From assembly GCA_050261015.1 (NCBI GenBank), contig JBLNCW010000003.1, forward strand, positions 12,295 through 76,294: 64,000 nucleotides of DNA. The letters are read 5' to 3'. A model generated the notes under the pieces. It was not told the DNA's origin. It saw nothing but the letters and a program-made list of their open reading frames with translations, and searched no databases. Positions 9,646 through 18,152 of the stretch are shown in pieces (position 1 is the first letter of the stretch; the number at the start of each line of letters is the position of its first letter). Origin of the DNA: Rhodospirillales bacterium (lineage in GTDB: Bacteria; Acidobacteriota; Terriglobia; Bryobacterales; Bryobacteraceae). A program made the translations under genes and the position numbers.

Positions 9646-10506
9646 ATGCCTATGCCCGCGAACATCCAGACCGCAACCGCCGTTGAGAAACTGCCCGCCG
9701 TGCCCTTAACCCTTGAGGGCTACAGCGTGCTGCACCAGATGTTCCGCTTGCGCTGGCCGGCCTGGAAAGCACTCGGCCGCGATCACCGCGCGGAAGCGTT
9801 GGTGGAAGCCGCCCGCGTGCTGGAAAGCATGGAGCAGAACGAGGAAGGCCAGTCCGCCGTCTACTCGTTGATCGGACACAAGGGCGATCTGCTGTTTCTC
9901 CACTTTCGCAATTCCTTCGCCGAACTAAACCGGGCGGAACTGCGGTTGTCCAGGCTGCGGCTGGCGGACTTCCTTGAACCCACCACGTCGTATTTGTCCG
10001 TCATCGAGCTTGGTTTGTACGAATCGAGTATCAAGCTTTACAGGGCTCTGGCCGAGCGGGGGGTTGAGCCGCACTCCGCGGAGTGGAACGCGGAGACCGA
10101 AGCTTTGCTGGCTACCCAAAGGAAGGCGATGCATTCGCGGCTTTACCCGAAAATTCCCCAGCACCGCTATATCTGCTTCTACCCGATGGACCGCAGGCGC
10201 GGCGAGGGAAAGAATTTTTACACGCTGCCCATACTCGAGCGGGGCCGCATGATGCGCGAGCACGGACTGGTCGGCCGGCGCTACTCCGGCGAGGTGCAGC
10301 AAATCATCACCGGTTCGATGGGCTTCGACGACTGGGAGTGGGGCGTAGACCTGTTCGCCGACGATCCCCTGCTTTTCAAGAGACTCATTTACGAGATGCG
10401 GTTCGACGAAGTTAGCGCGATTTACGCGCTGTTTGGATCGTTTTATCTAGGCGTGCGAGTGGCGGCGCCTCGCATCGGAGCGCTGCTTGAAGGAGAGCTG
10501 GCCTGA
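9646..10506 (+). CDS. chlorite dismutase-family protein (coproheme decarboxylase HemQ/ChdC-like)
   Basis: The block YICFYPMDRRRGEGKNFYTLPILERGRMMREHGLVGRRYSGEVQQIITGSMGFDDWEWGVDLFADDP matches the conserved core of Cld/HemQ-family proteins. Confidence 0.8.
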   Translation: MPMPANIQTATAVEKLPAVPLTLEGYSVLHQMFRLRWPAWKALGRDHRAEALVEAARVLESMEQNEEGQSAVYSLIGHKGDLLFLHFRNSFAELNRAELRLSRLRLADFLEPTTSYLSVIELGLYESSIKLYRALAERGVEPHSAEWNAETEALLATQRKAMHSRLYPKIPQHRYICFYPMDRRRGEGKNFYTLPILERGRMMREHGLVGRRYSGEVQQIITGSMGFDDWEWGVDLFADDPLLFKRLIYEMRFDEVSAIYALFGSFYLGVRVAAPRIGALLEGELA

Positions 10507-10590
10507 CCGTCCCAAGGCGCTCATTCCAAAATCCCCTCACTGCCGCGCGCGGCTGCAACATCGCGCGAGCATTAACCATACGAGGATTAT

Positions 10591-11118
10591 ATGAAACTGC
10601 GCGAAAGAAGCACCATGGCAATCTCCTTGCGTTCCGCAATTTATGTTGCGATCGCCGCTGCGCTGATCGGTTATCAACTCGCCGGGTGGAGAGTTACCGT
10701 AGCCAGCGCCGCCAGGGACCGGGCCCGCGAACTCATGGAGGCCGACCGCGCCTTCGATGAGGCAACCGCCTCCGAGGGCGTCGAGGGCTGGGTTTCGTAC
10801 TTCGACGACGACGCCGTCATGCTGCCCGCCGGCAGCGATGTGGTGGTGGGCAAAAAGGCAATCCGCGAATTCGTACAGAAACGCTTTACCACGCCCGGAT
10901 TCAGCCTGCGCTGGGAGCCTATCGACGCGCGCGTATCGGGCGACCTTGGATACACATACGGGGTGTACAAGGCGTCGCGCACGGAGCCAGGCGGTAAGCG
11001 CGTCACCTCATATGGTAAGTACGTCACCATATGGAGAAGGCACCGCGGCGGAGAGTGGAAGGTGGCGCTCGATATCGGGAATGATAGTCCCGCCCCCGCG
11101 GCCAGGCAGATGGACTAA
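10591..11118 (+). CDS. DUF4440/SnoaL-like (NTF2-fold) protein with N-terminal membrane anchor or signal
   Basis: GAGGA is 4 nt upstream of the ATG. An N-terminal hydrophobic helix is followed by ...AFDEATASEGVEGWVSYFDDDAVMLPAG...GKYVTIWRRHRGGEWKVALDIGN, which is typical of NTF2-like DUF4440 proteins. Confidence 0.65.
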   Translation: MKLRERSTMAISLRSAIYVAIAAALIGYQLAGWRVTVASAARDRARELMEADRAFDEATASEGVEGWVSYFDDDAVMLPAGSDVVVGKKAIREFVQKRFTTPGFSLRWEPIDARVSGDLGYTYGVYKASRTEPGGKRVTSYGKYVTIWRRHRGGEWKVALDIGNDSPAPAARQMD

Positions 11119-11205
11119 ACCGGCACTTTTCACCGCGACGCCATGCGCTCGCGGTTCGCGCCCTCCCAAACGAGATAAGTGAATAACAGGCCCTAAATAC
11201 ACTGC

Positions 11206-11239
11206 GTAGCTTGAGAGTTGCTTGAGAGTTGAAAGCTAC
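11206..11239 (+). repeat. perfect tandem 11-mer (GCTTGAGAGTT x2, 11209..11230) held inside a 7-bp inverted repeat (GTAGCTT/AAGCTAC)
   Basis: Read directly: gtagcTTGAGAGTTGCTTGAGAGTTgaaagctac. It lies in the leader upstream of the 11283 gene. Confidence 0.9.
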
Positions 11240-11242
11240 TTA

Positions 11243-11280
11243 CCCTCCTCCTACACTGAAGTTAGAGTAGTGAGGGGGGG
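11243..11280 (+). promoter_or_regulatory. candidate SD-sequestering hairpin in the 5' leader of the 11283 gene
   Basis: CCCTCCTCCTAC (11243-11254) can pair with GTAG-t-GAGGGGGG (11267-11279), giving about 12 bp with a 1-nt bulge and one G-U. The 3' arm is the purine-rich SD that ends 3 nt before the ATG at 11283. Confidence 0.3.
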
Positions 11281-11282
11281 AG

Positions 11283-12221
11283 ATGCGTAAGAACCAACTA
11301 ACGATGGTGCCCGTATTGCTTTCCGCCGGTCTGCTCCTGGCGCAAGCCCCGCAGCAGGGATCCATGGGCCAACAGCAACCGTACGGCGGGCAGGGCCAAC
11401 AGCAACCCTACGGCGGACAGATGCAACAGCCCGCCAGCAACCAAACCCAGCCGGTTCAGGTATCAGTTCCTTTCGGTGCTACAAACGGCCGGCTGGTGAC
11501 CTCGGGCGAGGACCTGATTTTCATCGACGACCAGCAGCCGCAGAACAGCTTTGTCGTCAGACGGGACCAGATCCAGAGCGTCAGATTCGACGGGGCAAAG
11601 GTCTCAATGACGCTCAGCCGCCCGGTGCGCGACAGCTCGGGCGAGCGCAGTTCACTTGACTTCCGGTTCCAGAACCCCGCGGCTGCGAGCATGGTCACCT
11701 CATGGCTCGGCTCAAGCGCGGCGGCGCAACGGCCCACCCAAGCCAGCTCCCAAGCCCAGGCTCAGGCCCAGCCCCAGGCTCAGGCCCAGCCACAGGCTCA
11801 GGCTCACCCACAGCAGCCCCAGCCGCCGGCTGTCCGGGCCCCGGCCGTGTCCGACGGGTCTCTGAGCCAGTCAACTGTTACGTCCACCGAGCCCCAGACA
11901 CAGGTTTTTGACGTGAAGCGCGACCGCTTCATCGGCTCCGACACCGGCCGCCTGTTCCTCACGCCGAACGAGATCATTTTCCAATCGCTGGACAATCCCG
12001 GCGCCTCCCGCCGGTGGTCAATGGCGTCGATCGAGAGAGTTGAGCGCAGAAACCCGTTCCGCTTGAGAGTTAAACCATTTGTGGGTAACCAATTCAATTT
12101 CCGCATTCTGAGCGGCAGCGGCATTTCCACGCCGGAATATACGGCCCTGGTGGAGCGTGTAAACAGGGCGCACATGAAAAACAATCAGACGATCCAGACC
12201 GATGGCGAGAGCTATCGGTAA
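11283..12221 (+). CDS. hypothetical secreted Gln-rich protein with two similar globular modules
   Basis: Signal peptide MVPVLLSAGLLLAQA. It contains QQQPYGGQ repeats. Two segments have a GRAM/PH-like pattern (GRLVTSGEDLIFID... and GRLFLTPNEIIFQS...), separated by a (QAQAQP)n linker. Confidence 0.6.
   Translation: MRKNQLTMVPVLLSAGLLLAQAPQQGSMGQQQPYGGQGQQQPYGGQMQQPASNQTQPVQVSVPFGATNGRLVTSGEDLIFIDDQQPQNSFVVRRDQIQSVRFDGAKVSMTLSRPVRDSSGERSSLDFRFQNPAAASMVTSWLGSSAAAQRPTQASSQAQAQAQPQAQAQPQAQAHPQQPQPPAVRAPAVSDGSLSQSTVTSTEPQTQVFDVKRDRFIGSDTGRLFLTPNEIIFQSLDNPGASRRWSMASIERVERRNPFRLRVKPFVGNQFNFRILSGSGISTPEYTALVERVNRAHMKNNQTIQTDGESYR
11370..11431 (+). repeat. in-frame 27-nt tandem repeat (QQQPYGGQG/QQQPYGGQM)
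   Basis: caacagcaaccgtacggcgggcagggc is followed by caacagcaaccctacggcggacagatg and then a partial third unit. Confidence 0.9.
11751..11826 (+). repeat. in-frame 18-nt tandem repeat encoding (QAQAQP)n
   Basis: caggctcaggcccagcc[c/a] occurs about 2.8 times, within a wider CAG/CCC-rich tract. Confidence 0.9.
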
Positions 12222-12240
12222 GTTACAACTTCAGCGGATG

Positions 12241-14667
12241 TCAATTCAAAATGGCGCGGAGCATGGCGGCCAAAGTCGCCTGTTCCGCGCCGTTCAACTT
12301 TCTTCCATCAGCAGTCACATAGAATACGTCAACTGCCTTGTTCCCCTGAGTGTCGATCAGCGCAAGCTCGATGTTAGCGCCCGCCGATGAGATCGTCGAG
12401 GCCAGGTCATAGAGCAGACCCGGGCGGTCTTCCGCCACCACCTCGATCAATGTAGCTGTCTGGGAAGCCGCGCCGTCGAACGAGACTGCCGGGTGCACGC
12501 GCGGCCGCTGGCCCGAAAAAGGCCTGGAGCGGCTCGGCGGCTTCACCCCCGCCTTTCCGAGCGCCACCCGCTCCAGCAGAATCCGGAGCCTGTCCGCCTC
12601 CGAGGGATTCAGTTCGAGCGTGCGGTGGGGATCGGAAAAAACGAACGTGTCAAGAATGGCGCCGTGGCGATTGGCGAAGCCCTCCATCTTGAGTATGTTC
12701 ATTCCGAAGCCCGAGAGCGCGCCCGCCAGCGAGGCGAGCAGCGACGGCCGGTCGCGCGCCACCAGCCTGAGCCGGTAAAATCCGTTCTCCTTGCGAATAT
12801 CGAGAGCCACGCCGCGCTCGCGGCTGCGCCGGTCCAGTTGCAGATCGGCCGCAATCTCGGACTCCGAATGCGTGCGAAGGTAGCGCACCGGAAAGCCTTC
12901 CAGAAACTCCGCCCGGTCCGGCGCCCCTGGAAGCCGGTCCTCTTCCAGTTCCCTGGTGAGTTCGTTGTACACGGCCAGATAAGCGCACCAGAGCTGCTCC
13001 GTGCGCCACGGGCTGAGAGCGGTGGGATTTACCGCGCCGATGTCCGCGAACGTGAGCAGGGCGAGTTTCTTCGCCAGTTCGAGCGTTCCGGCGCGGCCGG
13101 CCAGCATCCGCGCCGTGCCCGGCTCGTCCAGGTCCCGCGACGCCATCGCGATCGAGAAGTCCAGGTGGCGGTCGATGAGCAGCCGCACGTCCCGGCGCTG
13201 GTTTTCGGGCACGCCGAGGCGTTCCATCGCCGCTTCCGCCAGCCGCACGGATTCGGCAACGTGCGGTCCCTCGGGTTTCGCCTTTCCCAGATCGTGCAAC
13301 AGCAGCGCCAGCCACAGCGTCGCCGGATCGTCCACCTCCGCCAGCAGCCCGGCGAAGCGCTGCTTCAAGGGGTCCTGCGGCGGCGAGTACAAGTCCTCCA
13401 GGATCTGAACGGCCACCAGCGTGTGCTCGTCCACCGTGTACCGATGGTAGAAGTCGCGCACCACCAGGCAGTCGATTTCCTCCCACCCCGGCAGCAGCGC
13501 GTCGAGCACGCGGGTCTGATGCATGAGGCGAAGAGCGAGGGCGCGGTGCTGTCCTTCGAGAATTTGCCTGAACTCCCCCCAGAGATAGATGCGCCGCTCG
13601 GAGAAGCAGCGCCGCAGCGCCGGCAGATAGTTCGCGATGCGTAGGTCCGTCTCCGGCGCCAGCCGCAGCCCGTGGCGCGCGACGAATTGAAACAGGCGCA
13701 GCGCCAGCTCGGGCTCATGCTCGAGCCGGTGCGGCTCGCGAAAATAGACGCGCTCGCGTGAGACAGAGAACTCGGCGTTGGAGACGCGCGACCGCCACTG
13801 TTTGAACTGCACCAGCAGCGTACTGGCGCGCTCCTCGGCCAGGTCCAACTCGCGCGCCGCGGCGCGATGGATTGCGCGCGCGTGCCCGTAGTATTCGCGC
13901 ATCCAGACCGAGGGATCCACACCCGCGTGCGCGGCCGCTTCCTCCTGCAAATCGAAGGTAAGCAGATTGGAGTCCCTGCCGATGCGCTGGTGCAGGTGGA
14001 AACGCAGCTCGGTGAGAAAATCGCGCGCAGCCTCGAGCCCGGCGGGGACCTCCGGCGGCGGGAGCCGGTCCGGCGAACAGTTGCGCAGTTGTCCGAACCA
14101 GCACACCACCTGGTAGTCGCGCAGCCCGCCCGGGCCGTCCTTCACGTTCGGTTCGAGCTGGTAAATCGAGCCGCCGGCCTTCAGATGCCTTTCGCGCGCC
14201 AGGTGGCAAAGCCCGCCGGCAATCGCCTGCCGCTGCGCGTGAACGAAGCGGGCAAACGCGGCGCTCAGGCGGTCGAAAAGGACGCGGTCGCCCGCGAGGT
14301 ACCGGTGGTCCAGAAGGCTGATGCTCAGCTCGACATTGCCATCCTGCACCTCGCAACATTCCGATGGCGTGCGGACCGAGTGGCTGACGCGCAGCCCGCC
14401 GTCCCACAATTCCTGAAGGAACCTGGAAATGGCCGGCCTCTGCCCCTCGGCGAGCGACTGGCGCTCCACCACCAGCAGCAGATCGACGTCCGAGTGCGGA
14501 AACAGCTCGCGGCGGCCGAAGCCTCCGACGGCGAGCAGCGCGATCCCCTCCGGCATGAGCGGGCGGAGAAAGCGTTCATACGACTCTACCGCCAGCCGCT
14601 CCACCAGTGAGGTTCGTCTGAGCAGCGCCTCGCGAGCGCTAGAGGGCTGCTTCCCCGCGGTCGTCAT
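12241..14667 (-). CDS. glnD: [protein-PII] uridylyltransferase/uridylyl-removing enzyme
   Basis: 808 aa. It has an N-terminal nucleotidyltransferase motif (GGFGRRELFPHSDVDLLLV), an HD domain (LLHDLGK) and two C-terminal ACT-like segments. It is adjacent to a PII gene. Confidence 0.9.
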   Translation of the reverse strand: MTTAGKQPSSAREALLRRTSLVERLAVESYERFLRPLMPEGIALLAVGGFGRRELFPHSDVDLLLVVERQSLAEGQRPAISRFLQELWDGGLRVSHSVRTPSECCEVQDGNVELSISLLDHRYLAGDRVLFDRLSAAFARFVHAQRQAIAGGLCHLARERHLKAGGSIYQLEPNVKDGPGGLRDYQVVCWFGQLRNCSPDRLPPPEVPAGLEAARDFLTELRFHLHQRIGRDSNLLTFDLQEEAAAHAGVDPSVWMREYYGHARAIHRAAARELDLAEERASTLLVQFKQWRSRVSNAEFSVSRERVYFREPHRLEHEPELALRLFQFVARHGLRLAPETDLRIANYLPALRRCFSERRIYLWGEFRQILEGQHRALALRLMHQTRVLDALLPGWEEIDCLVVRDFYHRYTVDEHTLVAVQILEDLYSPPQDPLKQRFAGLLAEVDDPATLWLALLLHDLGKAKPEGPHVAESVRLAEAAMERLGVPENQRRDVRLLIDRHLDFSIAMASRDLDEPGTARMLAGRAGTLELAKKLALLTFADIGAVNPTALSPWRTEQLWCAYLAVYNELTRELEEDRLPGAPDRAEFLEGFPVRYLRTHSESEIAADLQLDRRSRERGVALDIRKENGFYRLRLVARDRPSLLASLAGALSGFGMNILKMEGFANRHGAILDTFVFSDPHRTLELNPSEADRLRILLERVALGKAGVKPPSRSRPFSGQRPRVHPAVSFDGAASQTATLIEVVAEDRPGLLYDLASTISSAGANIELALIDTQGNKAVDVFYVTADGRKLNGAEQATLAAMLRAILN

Positions 14668-14977
14668 TGCGGATCCGGATGGCGTCGGTGACGTCGTAGA
14701 CGAACAGCTTGCCGTCGCCGATCTTCCCGGTGCGGGCCGCCTGCGTGACCGTCCGCAAGACTTCCTGAAGCCGGTTATCGCAGATCACCATTTCGAGTTT
14801 GATTTTGGGCAGCAGGTCCACCTGGTATTCCTGCCCGCGGTAGACCTCCTTGTGGCCCTTCTGGCGCCCGTGACCGCGCACCTCGGTAACCGTCATGCCA
14901 TCCACACCGATGGCTTTGAGCGCGTCCTTGACGTCTTCCAGTTTGAACGGTTGGATAATCGCTTCGACTTTTTTCAT
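14639..14977 (-). CDS. glnB: nitrogen regulatory protein P-II
   Basis: 112 aa, MKKVEAIIQPFKLEDVKDAL... The T-loop GHGRQKGHKEVYRGQEY contains the conserved Tyr51. The protein lies between amt and glnD and could equally be called glnK. Confidence 0.95.
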   Translation of the reverse strand: MKKVEAIIQPFKLEDVKDALKAIGVDGMTVTEVRGHGRQKGHKEVYRGQEYQVDLLPKIKLEMVICDNRLQEVLRTVTQAARTGKIGDGKLFVYDVTDAIRIRNDDRGEAAL

Positions 14978-15001
14978 CGAGTCCTCTTGTTCCTGCCGCT
15001 G

Positions 15002-16447
15002 TTATGCTTCGAAATTGTAGGCCTCTTCGCCGTGCAGGCTCAAGTCGAGGCCCTCAGTTTCGTGCATGGGATGCACGCGCAAGCCGATCAGAATGTCGCA
15101 GATTTTCAGAATGATCAGCGTGCCCACGATGGCCAGCACCCAGGCGATCGCCGCGCCCAGCGACTGGTTGATCACCTGCGCCGCATTTCCATCCACCCAG
15201 CCCAGCGCCACGGGATTCCCCGAGTCGTCCTTGAGCCCGCTGTTCACGAGGGCGGTTGCGAAAACGCCGGTGAGGACAGCGCCCAGCGTCCCTCCCGCGC
15301 CGTGTACGCCGAAAGCGTCCAGGGAATCGTCATAGCCGAACCTACGCTTCACCGCCGTCACCATGAAGTAGCAAACCACGCCCGCGGCGAAGCCGATAGC
15401 CAGCGCGGCGAGCGGCGTGACGAATCCCGCCGCCGGCGTGATCGCCACGAGCCCGGCCACCGCGCCCGAAACCGCCCCGAGCACGCTCGGCTTGCCCGCC
15501 CGTATCCACTCCGCAATCATCCATCCCAGCGTCGCCGACGCCGCGCTGAAATGCGTCGCCACGAACGCGCTGGTCGCCAGCGCCGAGGATGAGAGCGCGC
15601 TGCCGGCGTTGAATCCGAACCAGCCCACCCAAAGCAGGCAGGCGCCGACGAAGCTCAGCACGAGGCTGTGCGGTTTCATCGATTCGCTCGGGTATCCCTT
15701 CCTCCGCCCGAGATACACGGCGCACACCAGCGCGGATACGCCCGAGGTGATGTGCACAACCGTTCCGCCGGCGAAATCGAAGCATGGCACGCGCCCGCCG
15801 GAGAACGCGTTCAGCAGCCCACCCTTGCCCCACACCATGTGCGCCATTGGGAAGTACACAAACAGCGACCACAGCGTCATGAACAGCAGCATCGCGCTGA
15901 ACTTCATGCGCTCTGCAAACGCGCCGGTGATCAGCGCCGGCGTGATGATGGCGAACATGAGCTGGAAAATCATGAACGTCTGCTGGGGAATCGTAGGCGC
16001 GTAATCGGGATTGGGCGCCGAACCGACCCCGTTCAGGAACGCATACCGCAGGCCCCCGACGAACATATTGCCCTCGGCGAACGCGAGGCTGTAGCCCACA
16101 ACGGCCCACAGCACCGTCACCAGAGCCATCATAATGAAGCTCTGCATCATGGTGCCCAGCACGTTCTTCTTGCGCACCAGCCCCCCATAGAAGAGAGCGA
16201 GCCCGGGGCCGGTCATCATGAGAACAAGCGCGGCGCAAACCAGCATCCACGCATTGTCGCCGGCCGACTGCGCGGCTTCGACGGTGCTCTGTAGGGCTGC
16301 CCACCTGGCGTCCGCGTTCGCAACCGTCTCACCGGCCGCCGCTGAGGACAGAATTAGCGCTAGAGAAACAACCTGGTTGAAACGATGCACGTTAGATGAC
16401 CTCACCCTAATCATGCATCGGGAGTTCGCTTCCGGGAAGCGGAACAT
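15002..16447 (-). CDS. amt: ammonium transporter
   Basis: Multi-TM protein with Amt signatures (DFAGGTVVHITSG, AFGVHGAGGTLGA). The start is uncertain; an alternative ATG at 16414 lies just before the signal-like segment. Confidence 0.9.
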   Translation of the reverse strand: MFRFPEANSRCMIRVRSSNVHRFNQVVSLALILSSAAAGETVANADARWAALQSTVEAAQSAGDNAWMLVCAALVLMMTGPGLALFYGGLVRKKNVLGTMMQSFIMMALVTVLWAVVGYSLAFAEGNMFVGGLRYAFLNGVGSAPNPDYAPTIPQQTFMIFQLMFAIITPALITGAFAERMKFSAMLLFMTLWSLFVYFPMAHMVWGKGGLLNAFSGGRVPCFDFAGGTVVHITSGVSALVCAVYLGRRKGYPSESMKPHSLVLSFVGACLLWVGWFGFNAGSALSSSALATSAFVATHFSAASATLGWMIAEWIRAGKPSVLGAVSGAVAGLVAITPAAGFVTPLAALAIGFAAGVVCYFMVTAVKRRFGYDDSLDAFGVHGAGGTLGAVLTGVFATALVNSGLKDDSGNPVALGWVDGNAAQVINQSLGAAIAWVLAIVGTLIILKICDILIGLRVHPMHETEGLDLSLHGEEAYNFEA

Positions 16448-16549
16448 TTCTATACCGGCGATTGAAAATTCTTATTGGGATTGCCCGGCGCAAAGACAGC
16501 CCGCTCCGCACGCGGCGCCTGAAGCGTCGGATTCTTCGGCGGGTGTGAC

Positions 16550-16999
16550 TTATTCCGTCTTGCGCGGCCGCGCCTGATCGTCCGGCTCGGACGGAAGTGC
16601 CGTTGAGTGGTCCTCCAGCAGGCCGGAGATGGTCGTGATCAGGCGGTGCGCCGTGAAAGGCTTACGAATAAGAGGAAGCCCTGAAAGCGTCCGCCCCGTG
16701 CTCTCCAGCAGCACCGTATCGGTAAACCCGGACATGTAGAGCACCTTGACGTCCGGCCGTCCGGCTTTCACTTGCCCGGCGAGTTCGAAGCCGTTCATGT
16801 CCGGCATGAGAACATCGGTCAGCAGGACATGAATGGCCGCGGGATGAGTCGCGGAAATCTTCAGCGCCTCGGCCGCGCTCGACGCATCAAGAACATTGAA
16901 ACCGGCGCGCCACAGCATCGTGCGCGCCAGCGCGAGCACCGACGCCTCGTCGTCCACCACCAGGATCGTGACGCCGCTGTGGCCGTTCTGAGAGTGCAT
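16550..16999 (-). CDS. single-domain response regulator (CheY-like receiver)
   Basis: ILVVDDE acidic pocket, phospho-acceptor context LLTDVLMPDMNG, and conserved KPF. No output domain is present. Confidence 0.85.
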   Translation of the reverse strand: MHSQNGHSGVTILVVDDEASVLALARTMLWRAGFNVLDASSAAEALKISATHPAAIHVLLTDVLMPDMNGFELAGQVKAGRPDVKVLYMSGFTDTVLLESTGRTLSGLPLIRKPFTAHRLITTISGLLEDHSTALPSEPDDQARPRKTE

Positions 17000-17060
17000 G
17001 CCGAAATTCTATCATTCCACGGCGGCATCATCCTTGCCGTTACACTGTATTCAGAGGGGC

Positions 17061-18152
17061 ATGAACGTACGAAGGAAACTTCTGGGCATCCCACGCCGTT
17101 TTCGTGAAGCGAAGATGTTTGCGCGCGCCATGCAGTTTCCGCGGCGCCCGGTTCTCGCTCACATCGTTCCCATGCGCCGCTGCAACCTCGCATGCGCCTA
17201 TTGCAACGAGTTTGACAGCGTCTCCGCACCGGTGCCGCTGGATAGGATGCTGGCGCGCATCGACCGGCTGGCCGCCCTGGGCGTCAGCATGATCACCATC
17301 AGCGGCGGCGAGCCCCTGCTGCACCCCGATCTCGAACGCATCATCGCGCGTATCCGCGAGCGCGGCATCATTCCGACCCTCATCACCAACGGCTACCTGC
17401 TGACGCCGGAACGCATCCGCCGTTTGAACCGCGCCGGCCTGCACAATCTCCAGATCAGCATCGACAACGTGAATCCGGACGAGGTGTCGAAGAAAAGCCT
17501 GAAAGTGCTGGATCGCAAGCTGCAATGGCTGGCTGAATACGCCCACTTCGACGTCAACGTGAACGCGGTGGTCGGTTCCGGGGTCGGAGTCCCGGAGGAC
17601 GCGCTGACGGTGGCGCGGCGCGTGCAGGCGCTCGGCCTCAACATAACTACCGGCGTGATTCACGACAGCTCCGGCCAGGTGCGCCCTCTGGGCGCCCGCG
17701 ACCGCGCCGTGCTCGACAAACTCCACCGCCTCCGCAAACCGCTGTTCTCGTTCGTGCGGCACAACGGCTTCCAGCGGAACCTGATGCGGGGCCTGCCGAA
17801 CCACTGGCACTGCCGCGCCGGAAGCCGCTACCTGTATGTTTGCGAGGACGGCCTGGTACATTGGTGCTCGCAGCAGCGCGGCCGGCCGGGCGTTCCGCTG
17901 GAGCGCTACACGGCCGCGGACATCGAACGCGAGTACCACACCGAGAAAGCGTGCGCGCCCTTCTGCACCATTACCTGCGTCCACCAGATTGCCGTGCTTG
18001 ACAAGCTGCGCGAGATGCCGCGGGAAACGATCAGCGAACTGGTCGCCTCAAATCCCCCGCTCTCGGTGCGCGTACTCTCGTGGCTCTTCCTCACCAGCAG
18101 CAGCCGGCGCTGGTTCTCCAAAGCCGCTTTGAAGCTTTTGAGAACAGAGTGA
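17061..18152 (+). CDS. radical SAM protein with Cys-rich SPASM/twitch-like C-terminal domain
   Basis: The CNLACAYC (CX3CX2C) motif follows IVPMRR, and the GGEPLL SAM-binding motif is present. The C-terminal region has six more Cys (HWHC, YVC, HWC, KAC, PFC, ITC). An alternative start exists at 17115. Confidence 0.8.
   Translation: MNVRRKLLGIPRRFREAKMFARAMQFPRRPVLAHIVPMRRCNLACAYCNEFDSVSAPVPLDRMLARIDRLAALGVSMITISGGEPLLHPDLERIIARIRERGIIPTLITNGYLLTPERIRRLNRAGLHNLQISIDNVNPDEVSKKSLKVLDRKLQWLAEYAHFDVNVNAVVGSGVGVPEDALTVARRVQALGLNITTGVIHDSSGQVRPLGARDRAVLDKLHRLRKPLFSFVRHNGFQRNLMRGLPNHWHCRAGSRYLYVCEDGLVHWCSQQRGRPGVPLERYTAADIEREYHTEKACAPFCTITCVHQIAVLDKLREMPRETISELVASNPPLSVRVLSWLFLTSSSRRWFSKAALKLLRTE

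Noticed and set aside
11132-11155. Hairpin ACCGCGA-N10-TCGCGGT after the DUF4440 gene, considered as an intrinsic terminator. A similar weak hairpin, GGCGAG..CTCGCC, lies at about 34848-34878.
   Set aside because: The stems are short and are not followed by a U-tract, so I cannot support a terminator call from sequence alone.
11370-11826. Tandem repeats considered as a possible CRISPR or minisatellite array. The same question was asked of 63647-63778.
   Set aside because: The units are contiguous with no spacers. They are in frame and encode Gln/Pro/Ala low-complexity linkers of secreted proteins. This is not a CRISPR architecture, and no cas genes are present in the window.
16448-16549. Sigma54 (-24/-12) promoter upstream of amt.
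   Set aside because: No GG-N10-GC element resembling TGGCAC-N5-TTGC was found on the minus strand in this region.
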